Of a stretch of 64,000 nt of DNA, positions 43,137 to 57,130 are shown piece by piece; position 1 is the stretch's first letter, and the number at the start of each line of letters is the position of its first letter. The translations under genes and the position numbers were made by a program. The notes under the pieces were generated by a model. The model was given only the letters and a program-made list of their open reading frames with translations. It made no database searches and was not told where the DNA came from. The DNA is from Eledone cirrhosa. Taxonomy: Eukaryota. Location: positions 54,312,001 to 54,376,000 of the forward strand of contig OZ024749.1 in assembly GCA_964016885.1 (NCBI GenBank). Direction: 5' to 3'.

Positions 43137-43289
43137 CTCCTTTGGAGACTCATATCAACTAACGCCGGGTATTGTAGGATATTCTCACCTATTTTCAGCC
43201 AAAGTCTCGTATATTGTCTGCTAATGATCCCGCTTATTGTTGCCGTTTCATTCTGTCATGTCAATTTAACGTCGTCTCTTTTAAAGCGA

Positions 43290-43615
43290 CGAATTATCAA
43301 TGTCGTTAGAACATCGGATAGAATACTTTGCGGCATTCGTCTCAGTTCTCTGAGTTCAAATCTCGCCAAGGTCAACTTTGCCTTTCTACAATTCGAGGTC
43401 GATAAAAAAAGTCAATTACCAGTCAATTACTTGAGTCGAATCTTCCTCTATGTCTTTCTCACTTCCTCTGTCCTTCTCTAGAAGAAATCTGCTGTGTTCA
43501 GACCTGGAGAGGGGAGATGGGCTCCACCAGGTTTAAGAAGATTTCCCTAGAAACGTCGTATGTCAATACAACGCCCCTACGACTCCCTGGGGAGCTTCGG
43601 GAGCACGCTTGCATG
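43290..43615 (+). mobile_element. SINE family 1 head and core with alternative 3' module (copy 2)
   Basis: Head and core, then TCTTCCTCTATGTCTTTCTCACTTC...CTAGAAACGTCGTATGTCAATAC. Confidence 0.75.
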
Positions 43616-44799
43616 CTTGTTTGGCTAGATATTACGTAATGTCATTGGCTAATGCTATCGGAAGTCATGTAATGGCGCTTGTATTCGGGTGAGATCGGGA
43701 TATATTGTAACTAACATCATCTACTTCAAATTATATTGGAAAAAGAACAACACAAACCGAGAACAGAACAAGTCGAACAAAATACATTACCATTGAGATT
43801 CTATAGCATTTCAACTTAGTCATCACTTTAGCATGGACATATTTTATAACATAACCAAGATAAAATCTAGAATACGGGAACAACACCACGCACGCGTACC
43901 CACTTACACGTACATATATATTTACAAATATATATACACATATATATATATATATTTACAAATATATATACACATATATATACATATATATTTACACATA
44001 TGTACATACATATATATATATGTACATACATGCATACATACATATATATATATACACATACATGCATACATACATATATATATATACACATACATGTACA
44101 CATATATTCATACATACATACATACATACATATATATATATATTAGTTGAGATATTTTTTTATATACATCCTAATATATTCCATTTTATATCCAATACAG
44201 TCAGTTAGCCTTTCAATTTATTTAATAGCTTCGCCATGACTTTTTATTTTTATAGTTCCATTATATTATTTTTAAGGCCCACAATTATTTTACGATTATT
44301 TCGATATGAATATACATTTCATATCCTATTTATTCCATAAGTTTTTCGTGTTTTTTTATATATTGTTTTTTTTTGGGGGGGGGGGGGATGTTTATATTTA
44401 TCTATTTATTGTATTTTTTTTTGCCATTGTTTTTTCTAATTTTATTTTATTTATTTTGTTGTTGCTATTTTCCGGTTTCGATAAATACTCTTTAGTAAGA
44501 ATCTACACGTTTTTTCCATAATATATATATTTATTGATTAGACATTAAAAAAAATTCCTTTTTCGCTTCTTTTGCATTTTTTTCATTTTTTCTTCATTTT
44601 TTGGTTAATGTAAGTATAAATGAAAGAGAACTATAGTAAAACAGTTTACTATATCAATAAAATAATGGTAATAATAGTAAAAATGACTACTAAATGACTA
44701 ACTAGTACTTTATTATTATTTACCAATAAGTAATATGTAACCGACTATAACGATCACTTGTTTTTGTCTTATTTCAAGGCAATTTAGTTTCTTTACAAA

Positions 44800-44935
44800 T
44801 TTTATTCTTTAACATGTTTCAGTCATTAGACTCTGGCTATGTTGGAGCAATCACTCTCTTCAAGAGTATTTGTTTCTGTTAAGTCACGTCGGTACCATTA
44901 TTTATTTTGGTATGGAGCATGTTATATTTCATTGC
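44800..44935. mobile_element. Fragment of another abundant octopus-type SINE
   Basis: TGTTTCAGTCATTAGACTCTGGCTATGTTGGAGCA resembles, from memory, the common octopus repeat TGTTTCAGTCATTTGACTGCGGCCATGCTGGAGCA. Confidence 0.5.
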
Positions 44936-44967
44936 TCTCTATTAATGGGAATTACTGTACTCAGTGT

Positions 44968-45140
44968 AATAATTGTTTCTACTTTAGGCACAAGGTCAGA
45001 AACTTTGAGGGAAGTCGATTAAATAGACCCCAATTCAAAGCTAAACTCGGTAGGATTTGAACTCAGAATATAAAGGGCCATAGCTATTTACCACAAAACA
45101 TGTTGTCCGACACTCAGCCGATTACAGCCAATACAAAGCC
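44968..45140 (-). mobile_element. SINE family 1 with internal deletion
   Basis: TTTAGGCACAAGG...GGATTTGAACTCAGAA in reverse orientation. Confidence 0.8.
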
Positions 45141-46007
45141 CCTGAAACTAGTAAAATAATAAAACAATACGTGTGAGTAGAGGAGAGCAACTGTAGAAAG
45201 GTCCCAAGAAGTTATGACCTAAGTGGGCCTGGCTCCCTTAAAGTGTTAGGGTGAATCAAGGGCTGAAACACTTACTTGAAGGGAGTTCTTCCTCTGAAGA
45301 TCTTCCTGTAGGAGAGGGTCAGCTAGGATTGGCCAGTCAAAACCCATGGTCAGTCAAGACCGAAAGAAGGGCCACCGTTCCTTTCCAATTGAGATGTATT
45401 GTCCAAACATTAGGTTACGTCCAATATACGGGATTCTAATCAATTCTCAAATCATTTGCGTACCGAGTGAAACTGAACCAAGGAAACAATGTTTCTATTG
45501 GTCTCTAACATTGCTGATACTATCAACCAGTTGCAGCCCCTGGCAAAAATATATCTCAAAACGTCTGTATCATTTAATCTTGGGTTTGACCTTCGATTTG
45601 AGCTCATTAACTGTTGATTCCTTATTCTAAACTATTCATTCTTTTATTCCTATTTTTTTCTATCGGATTCAAAATCTTTAAAAAAAGTTACCACAATAAA
45701 AAAAAAATGAATAAATAAATAAACGAGATTCTCACGGAAATTTTAAAGGAGTAAAACCGAGACTAGAAAAATGTTCCCAAAGGGTGTTAGTGATGACAGG
45801 AAAACAAAGAGTGTGAGGAAGATCAACTGAAAAATATGACAAAATTATGTTTGGAGAGGAGATAATCGGAAGATAAAAAATACTATCATATATTCAGATA
45901 TTACTGTCATATTATTAATGAAAATACATATATATTCTATATAAATACATATATGTTTTGCAAGATTTTTTTAAATTCTATTAGCAGTACGACCCTCCCA
46001 AAGCACA

Positions 46008-46149
<142 letters not shown>

Positions 46150-46330
46150 AATATCTGGAGTGTTTTGTCATTCAATGGCATCAGTGTGGCAAATGTCATT
46201 TGGGGAAAGACGTGAGGGTGAATGTCGCCATATGTTGTACAGCCATATTGGATTAATATCTTGGGAATATGTAGTACACACTACCACAATACACTGAACA
46301 CACACACACACGCACATATGTGTGTGTATG

Positions 46331-46387
<57 letters not shown>

Positions 46388-46525
46388 GCGTGCATACATA
46401 CAGAGAGAAAAGAATGATAGATAGCTACATATTTGTGTGAGCGTGTGATATATATATATATATATATACATACCTACACATATGTATATATACATAGCTA
46501 TACATGCATATACATACCTAATTAT

Positions 46526-46584
<59 letters not shown>

Positions 46585-46690
46585 TATGTGAAAAAAAATG
46601 TAGATTTTTTTTTAAACTCCACCCAGCAACAGACAAGGAAATTAAGAAAGCACAATGGAAAGCTGGAACATCAGATTAACAAATGTTGAT

Positions 46691-46725
<35 letters not shown>

Positions 46726-46998
46726 CAGTTGGTGATGTAATGACTGATAGAATATTATCTCATTATAGTTGGTGGTGGGTGGTTGGTGTTGGGGTGGGGG
46801 AAGTGTAGTTGTAGTGGTTATTGTTGGTGGTGATGTTGTGGTGGCTGTGTTTGGTGTGGTGGTGTTGTGGCTGTTGTTATTAACTAATTGTTTGATATAT
46901 ATTGTGTACGTGCGTAAATATGATAGGATAAACATTACACACACACACACACATATATACGTGTGTGTAATGTTTGCATGAGAGTATTATGTGTATGT

Positions 46999-47048
<50 letters not shown>

Positions 47049-48481
47049 AACGTTAGTTTGTGTGTGTTTTGGTTTGTAACTTTAATAACTTTCTGCTTGC
47101 TATTAGTGGTATTGTTATTGGTCTTTTAGTTATTGCTATTATCATTATTACTGATGTTGTTGTTGTTCCTATCTCTACAAATTATGATTTGTTTTGTTTT
47201 CGTCTGTTGTTATTGTTTTTGTTATTGTTTTATTTGTTTATATGTTTACTTTTAATACAACATAGGGAGATAATATTGTGATGAGATGCACTGCTGCACG
47301 TAGGAGATGCTGCAATGTATGTCTGCCCTTTTACCGTAACGGCGGTAACGGTGGTGGATAGCTAATAAATGGTTATTGTATGGATGCACCAGAAAGTGTT
47401 CCCCTCCGCCACCTCCCACATACACACATTTCTCTCGTTCAACTACCGTCCCTCCATACACTCACATGTGTTATCCCCCGACCGTAATTCCGAGAGATAA
47501 GAAGTAATAGCTTATATGAGATAAGTTAAGGGGGTCGAACACTCAACAGGGACCGGAGACATTGCTACCAACGGAGTGGAAAGGGAACAAACCAATAAAT
47601 AAATAAAATAAATGGTAGCTAAATAAATATCTGGAGATATGATAGTAAAGATATACAGTGATAGTATGGAAGATAACAATACATATGGTTGGTGATCACG
47701 AACATATATGTGTAATATTCCCTGGTGTGTGTGTATATGTATGTGTGTGTGTTTCTACATCTGTATTTATGTTTGTACATCTGTATGTATACATGTATGT
47801 ATGTATGTATGTAGATATGTAGAACCCAATAAACAAACCTACTTATGTGTGTATGTTTATTTTACATGTGGTTATCTCCCACTCCCTTTCTTACGTAGCC
47901 AGTGCTTACTTCTCCGCTATCACCACAATGCTGAATCAATGTACTTTACTACTCCACCTCATATTGCCATTCTCTATGTTTTTATTATTACATCTGCCTT
48001 CAACCCTTCTGCTTCTCACCCTCTCTTTCATATATATATATATATATAAATGTGTGTGTCATAAATCGGTTATCATTTTACAACTCAAATGTCTCTCGTC
48101 CTTTCTCTCTCTCCCTCTCTCTCATTATTTCATTCTCTGTAAACTGTCTTGTCATTCAATCTTTCATTTCTTTTGTGAGATCTCATTTCCCCCCCACATC
48201 TCAATCATCGTATTAATGTAGACATCTATTTCCGGGTATCAGGACGCCAGTTCGTCAAACATATTTCTGATGAAACTTAAACAATCACTATAAATATTTC
48301 TATCTCAAACAACGTTTACCTCGCTATACTACTTGGAATAATAGATAGCTTTAGCTAGCTCAATCACAACTTATTCCTAGATATTTGTCCTCGTGCATGT
48401 ACAGACAGTAAAACAAAGTAATTTAACATGTTCATATTCTTACAAAGGCGCACATGTGTGTGTGTGTGTGTGCGTGCGTGT

Positions 48482-48521
<40 letters not shown>

Positions 48522-49374
48522 GTTATATTAAAATTCTAAATGTGTTTAATGTTTTTCTTCCTTTAACATGAAATACATTTCTGAAAAACTGAAAATGTAT
48601 TATTATTTCAATGGAAATGATGATCTGTTACGAAAAATATTAAATATGTGTTCTAGTAAACATATTGCTAAACACGAAATACGTTTCACCCTATTTTTAT
48701 AATTTCATTCTTTTAAAGTTGAAATATATTTCAGTAGAAAAAAAAATGGAATATATAAGTAAAACTAAATAACGAAATATATGCCAGTTAAAAATAAAAT
48801 AAAATGAAATAAAATTAATTTTAACATTTAACACTAAAATTTGAATATCTGAAAAATATTTTTACAAAAAGAAAACGACAAAAAAAAATATGTGTTACTA
48901 AAATTTTAAGAAAAGGAAATAATGTTTCATTTAGTATTGATAGAATAAAATATTTTCAAAATGGCTGAGAAAAGTCAAAACATGTAACACTTGGTATGTT
49001 TTTTTAATCTAATGACACCTTTTACTAAACCTGATAAAACAAGTTAACATTTCCTATGAAAAAGAAATTGGAAATATATCTGATATCTGTTTGAGTAAAA
49101 TTTAAAAATATGGAAATATATTTCACTAGAAAAATATTTAAAAGTAATAATGAGGTCGAAAGCACAAAAGTATATAGAAAATATATCAATGAATTTTAAA
49201 GGAAAACTAAATAATAATAATTAGAGAAAAATTAATTTTTAATGTTGGGGAAGACTATGAATTTGTTTGAAGTCATTGATTTTATTAGTAAAACAAAGGT
49301 CTGAAAATATATGTCGTACATGGATGAATTCGAACATAGAACAGTTATATTTACACTGCCGCCTATCATTTCTA

Positions 49375-49520
49375 AACTTTTTTTTATTGAACTCGAAAGG
49401 ATGAAAGGCAAAGTTGACCTCAGCGAGATTTGAACTGAGAGTGCAGAGAGCCGGAACAAATACTGCAAGGCATTGTATCAGAATTCACCGTCGTTCTAAC
49501 GACTGTCATTTCACCGTCTC
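49375..49520 (-). mobile_element. SINE family 1, 5' half
   Basis: AAGGATGAAAGGCAAAGTTGACCTCAGCGAGATTTGAACT. Confidence 0.85.
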
Positions 49521-50049
49521 TCTATGGTATAAAACTTTATTTAAAATTAATTAGATGTAAAATTATACGAGTGTATGCTGTGTGTTTTGATCCAAGCAAT
49601 AGCAAATTGTGTATAAAATGCTATTTAATACACCTTTAAATAAGAGTAAAATTGAGGTGGGAAATGAAAGCTGTGAGAATTCAAAATCTAGGAATACTAG
49701 GAGAAAAACAGACGACACGTTTGGAATCCACGCTGAAAACACATTCAGAAATGGTTAATTTCATCTCTGAAGAAAACAAAATGTTTATTTTGTTGACTAG
49801 TGATGTTAATGTTTTGTTTGTTCGAGGTGTTTTTGTCTTCTCTAAATGACAGCTATCGATATCCTAAAAAAATTGAAAAATGTTATCACGCACAAAAAAT
49901 TATTGGGAAATCTGAAATATATTTCACAGAAGTTCAAATAAATTAAATATATTTCAATGAAATAAAGAAATAAAAAGAAAATATATGCCGCTTAGAAAAA
50001 TCAAAAATGTATTTCACGAAAATATAAAACATATATATATATGTGAATA

Positions 50050-50112
<63 letters not shown>

Positions 50113-50785
50113 TTTTTTCTGAAGAATGACATATCATAAATATATTTTATAATATATTTATAATATATATATTTCATAAAAAAATTAAAATATAACAAAT
50201 ATATTTCAAAAACAAAATTAAATGACAGATATATGTGTATGTTTGCGCGTGTGTGTGCGTGTGCGTTTGTGTGCTTGTGTGTGTGCTTGTGCGTGTGTGT
50301 GTGTGCTTGTGTGTGTGATTGTGTGTGTGATTGTGTGTGTGTTTGTGTGTGATTGTGTGTGTTTGTGTGTATGTGTGAATATAATTCACTAAAAATTCAT
50401 GTCATAATTTAAATTAGATATATTTCATTAAACATTGATATACTATAAATATAGTTTTCTACCATTTGAAAATTAATAACAATAACAACAGCATCAGCAA
50501 TGACATCACAACAACAACAAACAACATATCCACACTACAAACATCGATAGTTTTTTGTTTTGTTTTTTTTCATCAACTTTCCTCACTGCTCAGTTAGCTA
50601 GTTAATTAGAAAGTTAGTTATATTATATTATAATATATTATATTATAGACTGTTATATTATATTATGTTATTTTTTATTTCTGAGGAAGACGGCGAGATG
50701 GATCTGGCGAGATTAATAATACGAGGTTACAAAACTGCTATTGATTTATCATGATCAATCAATCAACCTTCTGAAACGACCGTAG

Positions 50786-51050
50786 TTCCCTCGACATGCC
50801 ACCCTCAATGACAAAATGAGGAGTTTCAGCGCTGTCGGCCACTCATCAGAACTGGAGGCTCTAGGCCTCGACCGTGGGAACAGCAAGCGCCCCGACGGAA
50901 TTACCCTCTTCCCATTCGAAGGAGGTAAATCTCTCATCTGCAACGCGACATGCTGTGACACGTTCTCCACCTCCAGCTTAGTCACCTCAGCTATAAATAC
51001 CGGGACCGCGGTCGCAATGCAGAGGACAGGAAGACAAGCAAATGGCGGAG
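50786..51050 (+). pseudogene. CRE-like non-LTR retrotransposon fragment, restriction-like endonuclease domain
   Basis: FPRHATLNDKMRSF...ELEALGLDRGNSKRPDGITLFPFEGGKSLICNATCCDTF carries the RH..LND, R-P-D and [W]DAT motifs (the latter mutated to CNAT). After a frameshift it reads AEDRKTSK (E..K..KY motif). Upstream in-frame stop at 50783. Confidence 0.82.
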
Positions 51051-51065
51051 CTTGTCTAGCTGCTT

Positions 51066-51205
51066 TCACCACAACCACCATCACCACCATTATCATCACC
51101 ATCATCATCACCATCATCATCACCATCACAACCACTACTACCACCACCACCACCACCATTATCATCACCATCACCACCATCCCTACTACCACCACCACCA
51201 CCACA
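51066..51205. repeat. (CAC/CAT)n microsatellite
   Basis: Direct reading. Confidence 0.93.
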
Positions 51206-51786
51206 TCTGTGACAATCAATCCACTGTTATTCTTTCTTCCATCTTACAAACATTTCTTTGTCCAATGAAGAACTCAGGATAAGTTGCAACAGTAGCAGCA
51301 TCAGTAGTAGTAGTAGTAGTAGCAGCAGTTGCTGTTGTAGTACTGGTGGTGATGGTGGTGAGGTTGGTGTTAACAGTGGTGGGTAGTAGTAGTAGTAGTC
51401 TTCTATTTGTTCTGCTTTTATTCTATTATTATTATTATGATGGTGATCGTCTCGTAACAACAAGCCTATTATTATAAGATAATAACTTCGTGACAGAATA
51501 TATTTATCCCTAATAAGCTCATCACATAATCCGCCAATCATCAAATAACATTATTGGATACAAACAAGGGAGCTAACTGAGAATATGGATTCTTAATATA
51601 GAAACTCTATATTTCGTTTTCTGGATGATGTTTTATTTTAAGATAGCATTGCCGAATTATTATTACAAACTTATCGTATCCCATATCGTATAACAAATTT
51701 ATTTTTACTACAAATAGCTCAAAGGCATATATAATAACTTACAGGGATGAATTTCATAACGAATATGTGTGTGGTGTATATGTATG

Positions 51787-51824
<38 letters not shown>

Positions 51825-52365
51825 TACATATCCATACATATATATATTCATACATATCGATATATATATGGATGTATATAAATATATATATATTCATACA
51901 CACACACGTATGTATGTACATATATATATATATCTATAAATATATATAATCATACACACATATGTACATATATATTCATGTGTGTGTATACACACACACA
52001 TACACACACATATATATATATACTTCGGGTGTGAAGAGAGAATGTAAAATGAAATTATTTAAACACCAGTAGATTTATTGGCAAATGACAGAATCGGTTG
52101 TTTCAATAATGAAGAAATTAACAAGATTTATCTGTAAGGAACACTGCTGATGGTGGTGGTGGTGGGGTGAATATTACAGGGGTTCCTTATATAATCTGGA
52201 ATGTGTTTACGAAGCAATAATATCGTTCCCTTGGGGTGACAAGATAAGAAATATGTTGTCTGAGTTTTAAAGAAAAATACTAGCGGCTCTTGTTACTATG
52301 TTGTTGTTGAGGGTATGATGATAGCTTTTGTGTGTTAATATATACATACATGTGTGTGTGTGTGC

Positions 52366-52432
<67 letters not shown>

Positions 52433-53345
52433 TATACATATATATATATAAGATAATAAATCTAATGAAATAAAGAAACAAATAAGTAAAATAAAGATGA
52501 ATCTTTTAGTGGGTTTTTTTTTTCTTATGTTTTGTGAATAAGAAAGTAGGATGTTGAAATATTCTGAAATATGTAAAGGTATATGTATAGATTTACCTAT
52601 ATATATGTATATATGTAAATATGTATGTAGGCATATATTTATGTGTATACATATTTTTATGTAAGCAGGTATATATATATTTATACATGAATGCATATAT
52701 GTGTGAATGTGTATTTTAAATTGCAGGCAACTGTGTTGCACCTAGATAGATGAAATCTTGCATATAGGTGCAGCTTTTCATTGAATAGGCCAACGGCAGG
52801 GGGAGTTTTCTGGTTCTTTTTTTACAAACACAGCCAACTCCATGTCGCTAATTCTAACAAATATTAAAATAAAATAGCAATTTTTCCTTTGGCTAGAAAA
52901 AGAAACAGAGTTTAGCTTCGAATAATATTTCAAACATATATTACAATAAAGATGTGTGTAGTTGTTAAAATGGCGGAGTAGTAGAGGATTGTCAGTCGAT
53001 CTGGTTAATCAATGAATATTCATATTTTGAACAAACAGAAGTTTTTGGTTCTGGAAATAAAAGTCTTAATGTCTGTGTCTCCCACAGACACGTGTACCAG
53101 TAACTCAAATATGTGTATTAACATAAACCCCCTAAAATATATAGAGAAAGTGAGAAAAGTCAACAATAGTACTATAGTGGACAACCCTTCCTTTGTCTCT
53201 CTCTATATTTTGGGGGTCTTTGAATTAAAAGTTCAGTAACAAACAGAGTGACCCAAAGACTCTTTCACAGCATCATAAGGTACCACGAACCTGGGTCCTT
53301 ATGATTGTGGAGCTAACTTTGTATTCACCCGGCCTTACTTGCATC

Positions 53346-53388
53346 CATATATATATGTGTGTGTGTATATATATAGTGTGTGTGTATG

Positions 53389-53421
<33 letters not shown>

Positions 53422-53584
53422 TATATATATATATACACACACACACTATATATATATATACACACACACACATATATATATATATATACACACACATATA
53501 TATATATACACACACATATATATATACACACACACATATATATATATATATAGACACACACTATATATATATATACACACACAC

Positions 53585-53616
<32 letters not shown>

Positions 53617-53711
53617 ATATATACACACACACACACACTATATATATATATATATATACACACACTATATATATACACACACACTATATATATATATACA
53701 CACACACACAC

Positions 53712-53761
<50 letters not shown>
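53346..53761. repeat. (TA)n/(CA)n compound array
   Basis: Direct reading. Confidence 0.95.
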
Positions 53762-53768
<7 letters not shown>

Positions 53769-54086
53769 CAGTGACGTGAGGGTGGAGTATAATTACATTA
53801 GCATACGAACGTATCCAAACTCACGAATCTCGATTAGATAATTTAGCTTGGCAATTTTCTATAATTAGATTATAGATTCTGAATTCCAGTCTCTGTTGGA
53901 TCAACTTGTATTTTCTTCGAGATTTACCGTGACAAAAGTTTTATAAAACACTTCATACAAGTATTCCTTACAAAAAAAACCACTTCTGTCCAGTTCCGTA
54001 CAACGAATGAATATAAAATATCATTTTTATCTGAATTTCAGAGTTAAAGAATTATCATTATACACTGACATGTAAATTATATCATT

Positions 54087-54277
54087 AGTGAATTGGCAGT
54101 ATCGGTAGAGGGTCGGACACCATGCTTTGACGCATAGGGTTACAGCCCTTGCCATTCTGAGTTCAAATGCCGCCGAGGTTAACTTTGCCTTCTATCCTTA
54201 CGGGGTCGATAAAATAAAGTACCAGTAATGTACTGGGTAATTGCTGACCTTGTGCCTAAAATAGAAACAATTATTAT
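54087..54277 (+). mobile_element. SINE family 1, short subfamily
   Basis: Same internal deletion as the 22488 copy. Confidence 0.9.
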
Positions 54278-54309
54278 ATCTACATATATACACACACAAA
54301 TGTACTTAT

Positions 54310-54364
<55 letters not shown>

Positions 54365-54456
54365 TACACACACACATACATATATTCATACACACACACA
54401 TATTCATACACACACAGACACATATATATTCATACACACATATATATTTATATATA

Positions 54457-54616
54457 TAACGAAGGAGGTGTGGTAAAGAACCAGATGGACCATAACGCAC
54501 CAGAGTACTCAATACTTAGGGTAGTAGAGTGGGTAATAGGAAAATGTTTAACCCCGACGGCAGAGCTCAAGCCGTTTCGACGGCTATTTCTGCCGTCGGG
54601 GTTAAACATTTTCCTA
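54457..54616 (+). mobile_element. TA-embedded element family A
   Basis: Unique segment matches the 24547 copy. Terminal hairpin AGGAAAATGTTTAACCCCGACGGCAGA/TCTGCCGTCGGGGTTAAACATTTTCCT encloses AGCCGT-TTCG-ACGGCT. Confidence 0.9.
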
Positions 54617-54771
54617 TATATATATATATATTCATACACACACATATAGATATTCATATATACACACACACACACACATATATATAGATATTCATATATA
54701 CACATGTATATATATATATATATATTCATATATACACATGTATATATGAATATATATATATTCATATATGT

Positions 54772-55060
54772 AAAACGTCAGATAAAATACGTTATGACAT
54801 TTAGATACGACTTTCTAGATTCTGATTTCAAATCCCGCCGAGGTTAATTTTGCCTTTCATCATTCCGGGGTAGATAAAATGCAGTACCAGTAATGAACTG
54901 GGCCCAATTTAATCGTCTTTCCTCCTTGTGCCTAAATTAGAAACCATTATTGTACAGTGATGATAAGGTGGTAGTTTGGCAGTAATCGGTAGAGCGTCAA
55001 ACAACATGCTATGCAGCATAGAGTTACAACCCTTTATGTTCTGAGTTCAAATCCCACCGT
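54772..55060 (+). mobile_element. SINE family 1 copy (54772-54950) and head fragment (54967-55060)
   Basis: Core and head motifs present. Confidence 0.85.
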
Positions 55061-55683
55061 TTTATAATAATTAAGCTGTTTGTTGTCCCAGGAGGACCTA
55101 ACCCCTTGGTAAATAGAAATAATGTTCAACCAGAGAGTGAAATAATGTCGCAATGTATCTTGGAATACAACTAAACTCTGGTGTGATAGTCATCAGACTA
55201 AAAATAAACTCCTGATTAATTGATAATTAATCTTATTGCCTACTGTTGTTTTGTTATTGTTTTTGTTTGGTGTTGTTTTGTTTTGTGTTATTGTTGTTGT
55301 CTTATTCTGTCAATTCAACTAAAATCAAAACCGTTGACTTCCTGGCAATTTCACCATAGTTGTGTGTGTGTGTGTGTGCGTGTGTGTGCGTGTGTGTGCG
55401 TGCGTGTGTGTGTGTTTCTATATATTTCTTTATATTACTTCCTATTTATCATTGTTATTTGCACTAATAGTTGTTGTTCTTGTTGTGTTGTTATTGTTGG
55501 TGTTATTTATCTTATTGTTGTTCTTGTTGCTACTGTTGTATTTGTTCATTTTGTTGTTGTTGTTGAGTTCTTTAGTTGCTTTATTTCCCAAATTCAATAA
55601 CTTCCATGTTTATTTCCTTATTTTCTCTCCTTTCTTTACTTCTCTTAAAACTATTATTAGTTGCAATATTATTATTATTAGAA

Positions 55684-55856
55684 ATCATCACCACCATCAC
55701 CACCACCACCACCACCACCACCATCACCACCATCACCATCATCACCACCACCACCACTACCACCATCACCACCATCATCATCATCACCATCACCACTACC
55801 ACCATCACCACCACCACTACCACCATCACCACCACCACTACCACCATCATCATCGT
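55684..55856. repeat. (CAC/CAT)n microsatellite
   Basis: Direct reading. Confidence 0.95.
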
Positions 55857-56919
55857 TATAATTATTATTTCTTAATAATTATCTCCCACTCTCTATATAA
55901 ATATATATATATATGTGTGTGTGTGTATACATATATATATATATATACACACACAAATATCGTTAGTTCATTCATCTGTATTTCTTTGTTTCCTGATGAT
56001 TACAACATTATTACTATTATTATTATTCCTTCCATCTTTTCTTTAGACTATTTGAATATTTTCCTGTTTTATTTATGTTTATCTTATAAGATCGTTTTTT
56101 TTATCTTTTTCTATCTATTTCTTTCTATTTTGTTTTAAATTTAGCAACATTTTCTTGTGGGGGTGGGTCGTCGATTTGTTTGGTTTTTATTTTGTTTTGT
56201 TTCTTAATTTCACTTTCACAGTCTGAATAGATGTACAAATAAATCTTAGTGATTACATAAATAAATTAAATTTAGTTCAAATATCATCATTGAAGTTGTG
56301 TTTCGAACAGCCTCCAACTATATTTGACAGTTTACTGGCTTCCATTATCGTTCTACCATTGTCAGTCTGTCTAATTGATTTTGATAGATAGTATCTTGGT
56401 GGCTTTATTCAACAATAACAGACTCTGGAGAAAACAAAGAAACACAGATGAATGGACTAACAACACTAGTTGAACAACGTGTGTGTGTTGTGTGTGTGGT
56501 ATGTGTTGTGTGTGTTGTGTGTGTGGTATGTGTTGTGTGTGGTGTGTGTTGTGTGTGTAGACAGACAGACAGACAAATTAATACAGAGATAGACAGATGT
56601 AGATAGACAGATAGTCACTATTTCATACCAGTTAGTCCATTATTCAACTTATTACTCTCTATACTGAATTTTTTCTCCACCCGGGACCACATATTAGGGT
56701 AGGAGTAGGGTGGCAGTCTTCAGATGAAACGGTTAACAACACACACACACAAACAAACAATAAATGTTTATTTTATTTATTTTAACAGTCTCGCAAAGAA
56801 AAACAACTAAATATAAATGTTGGCCTGATTAGAACCCAGACACTAAAGTATTATAATACTAAATCCTACACTTTGTACTCTTTCCACCATTTGACTAACT
56901 TCTCGTAGTAACTGATAGT

Positions 56920-57130
56920 CACCAACGGAGCTCCTACGTGATCTCGCCACCTGCTAGAAATAGCAGTTAAACCTCTTACAAATCATACCCGTGTTTTTAT
57001 AAAGAGAAAAAATATATTTAGTAATACAGACCGAGATAAACTTTGAAAACAAAGTTGTATGGTTTGGATTGTAATGACTTTGATCGTCTGCTCGATCATG
57101 GCTGACCTGGAGCTAAACAACAACAACAAC
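56920..57130 (+). mobile_element. Dispersed retroposed repeat ending GGCTGACCTGGAGCTAAACAACAACAACAAC
   Basis: 5' part is shared with 15586. The (CAA)n tail is typical of LINE/SINE 3' ends. Confidence 0.6.
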
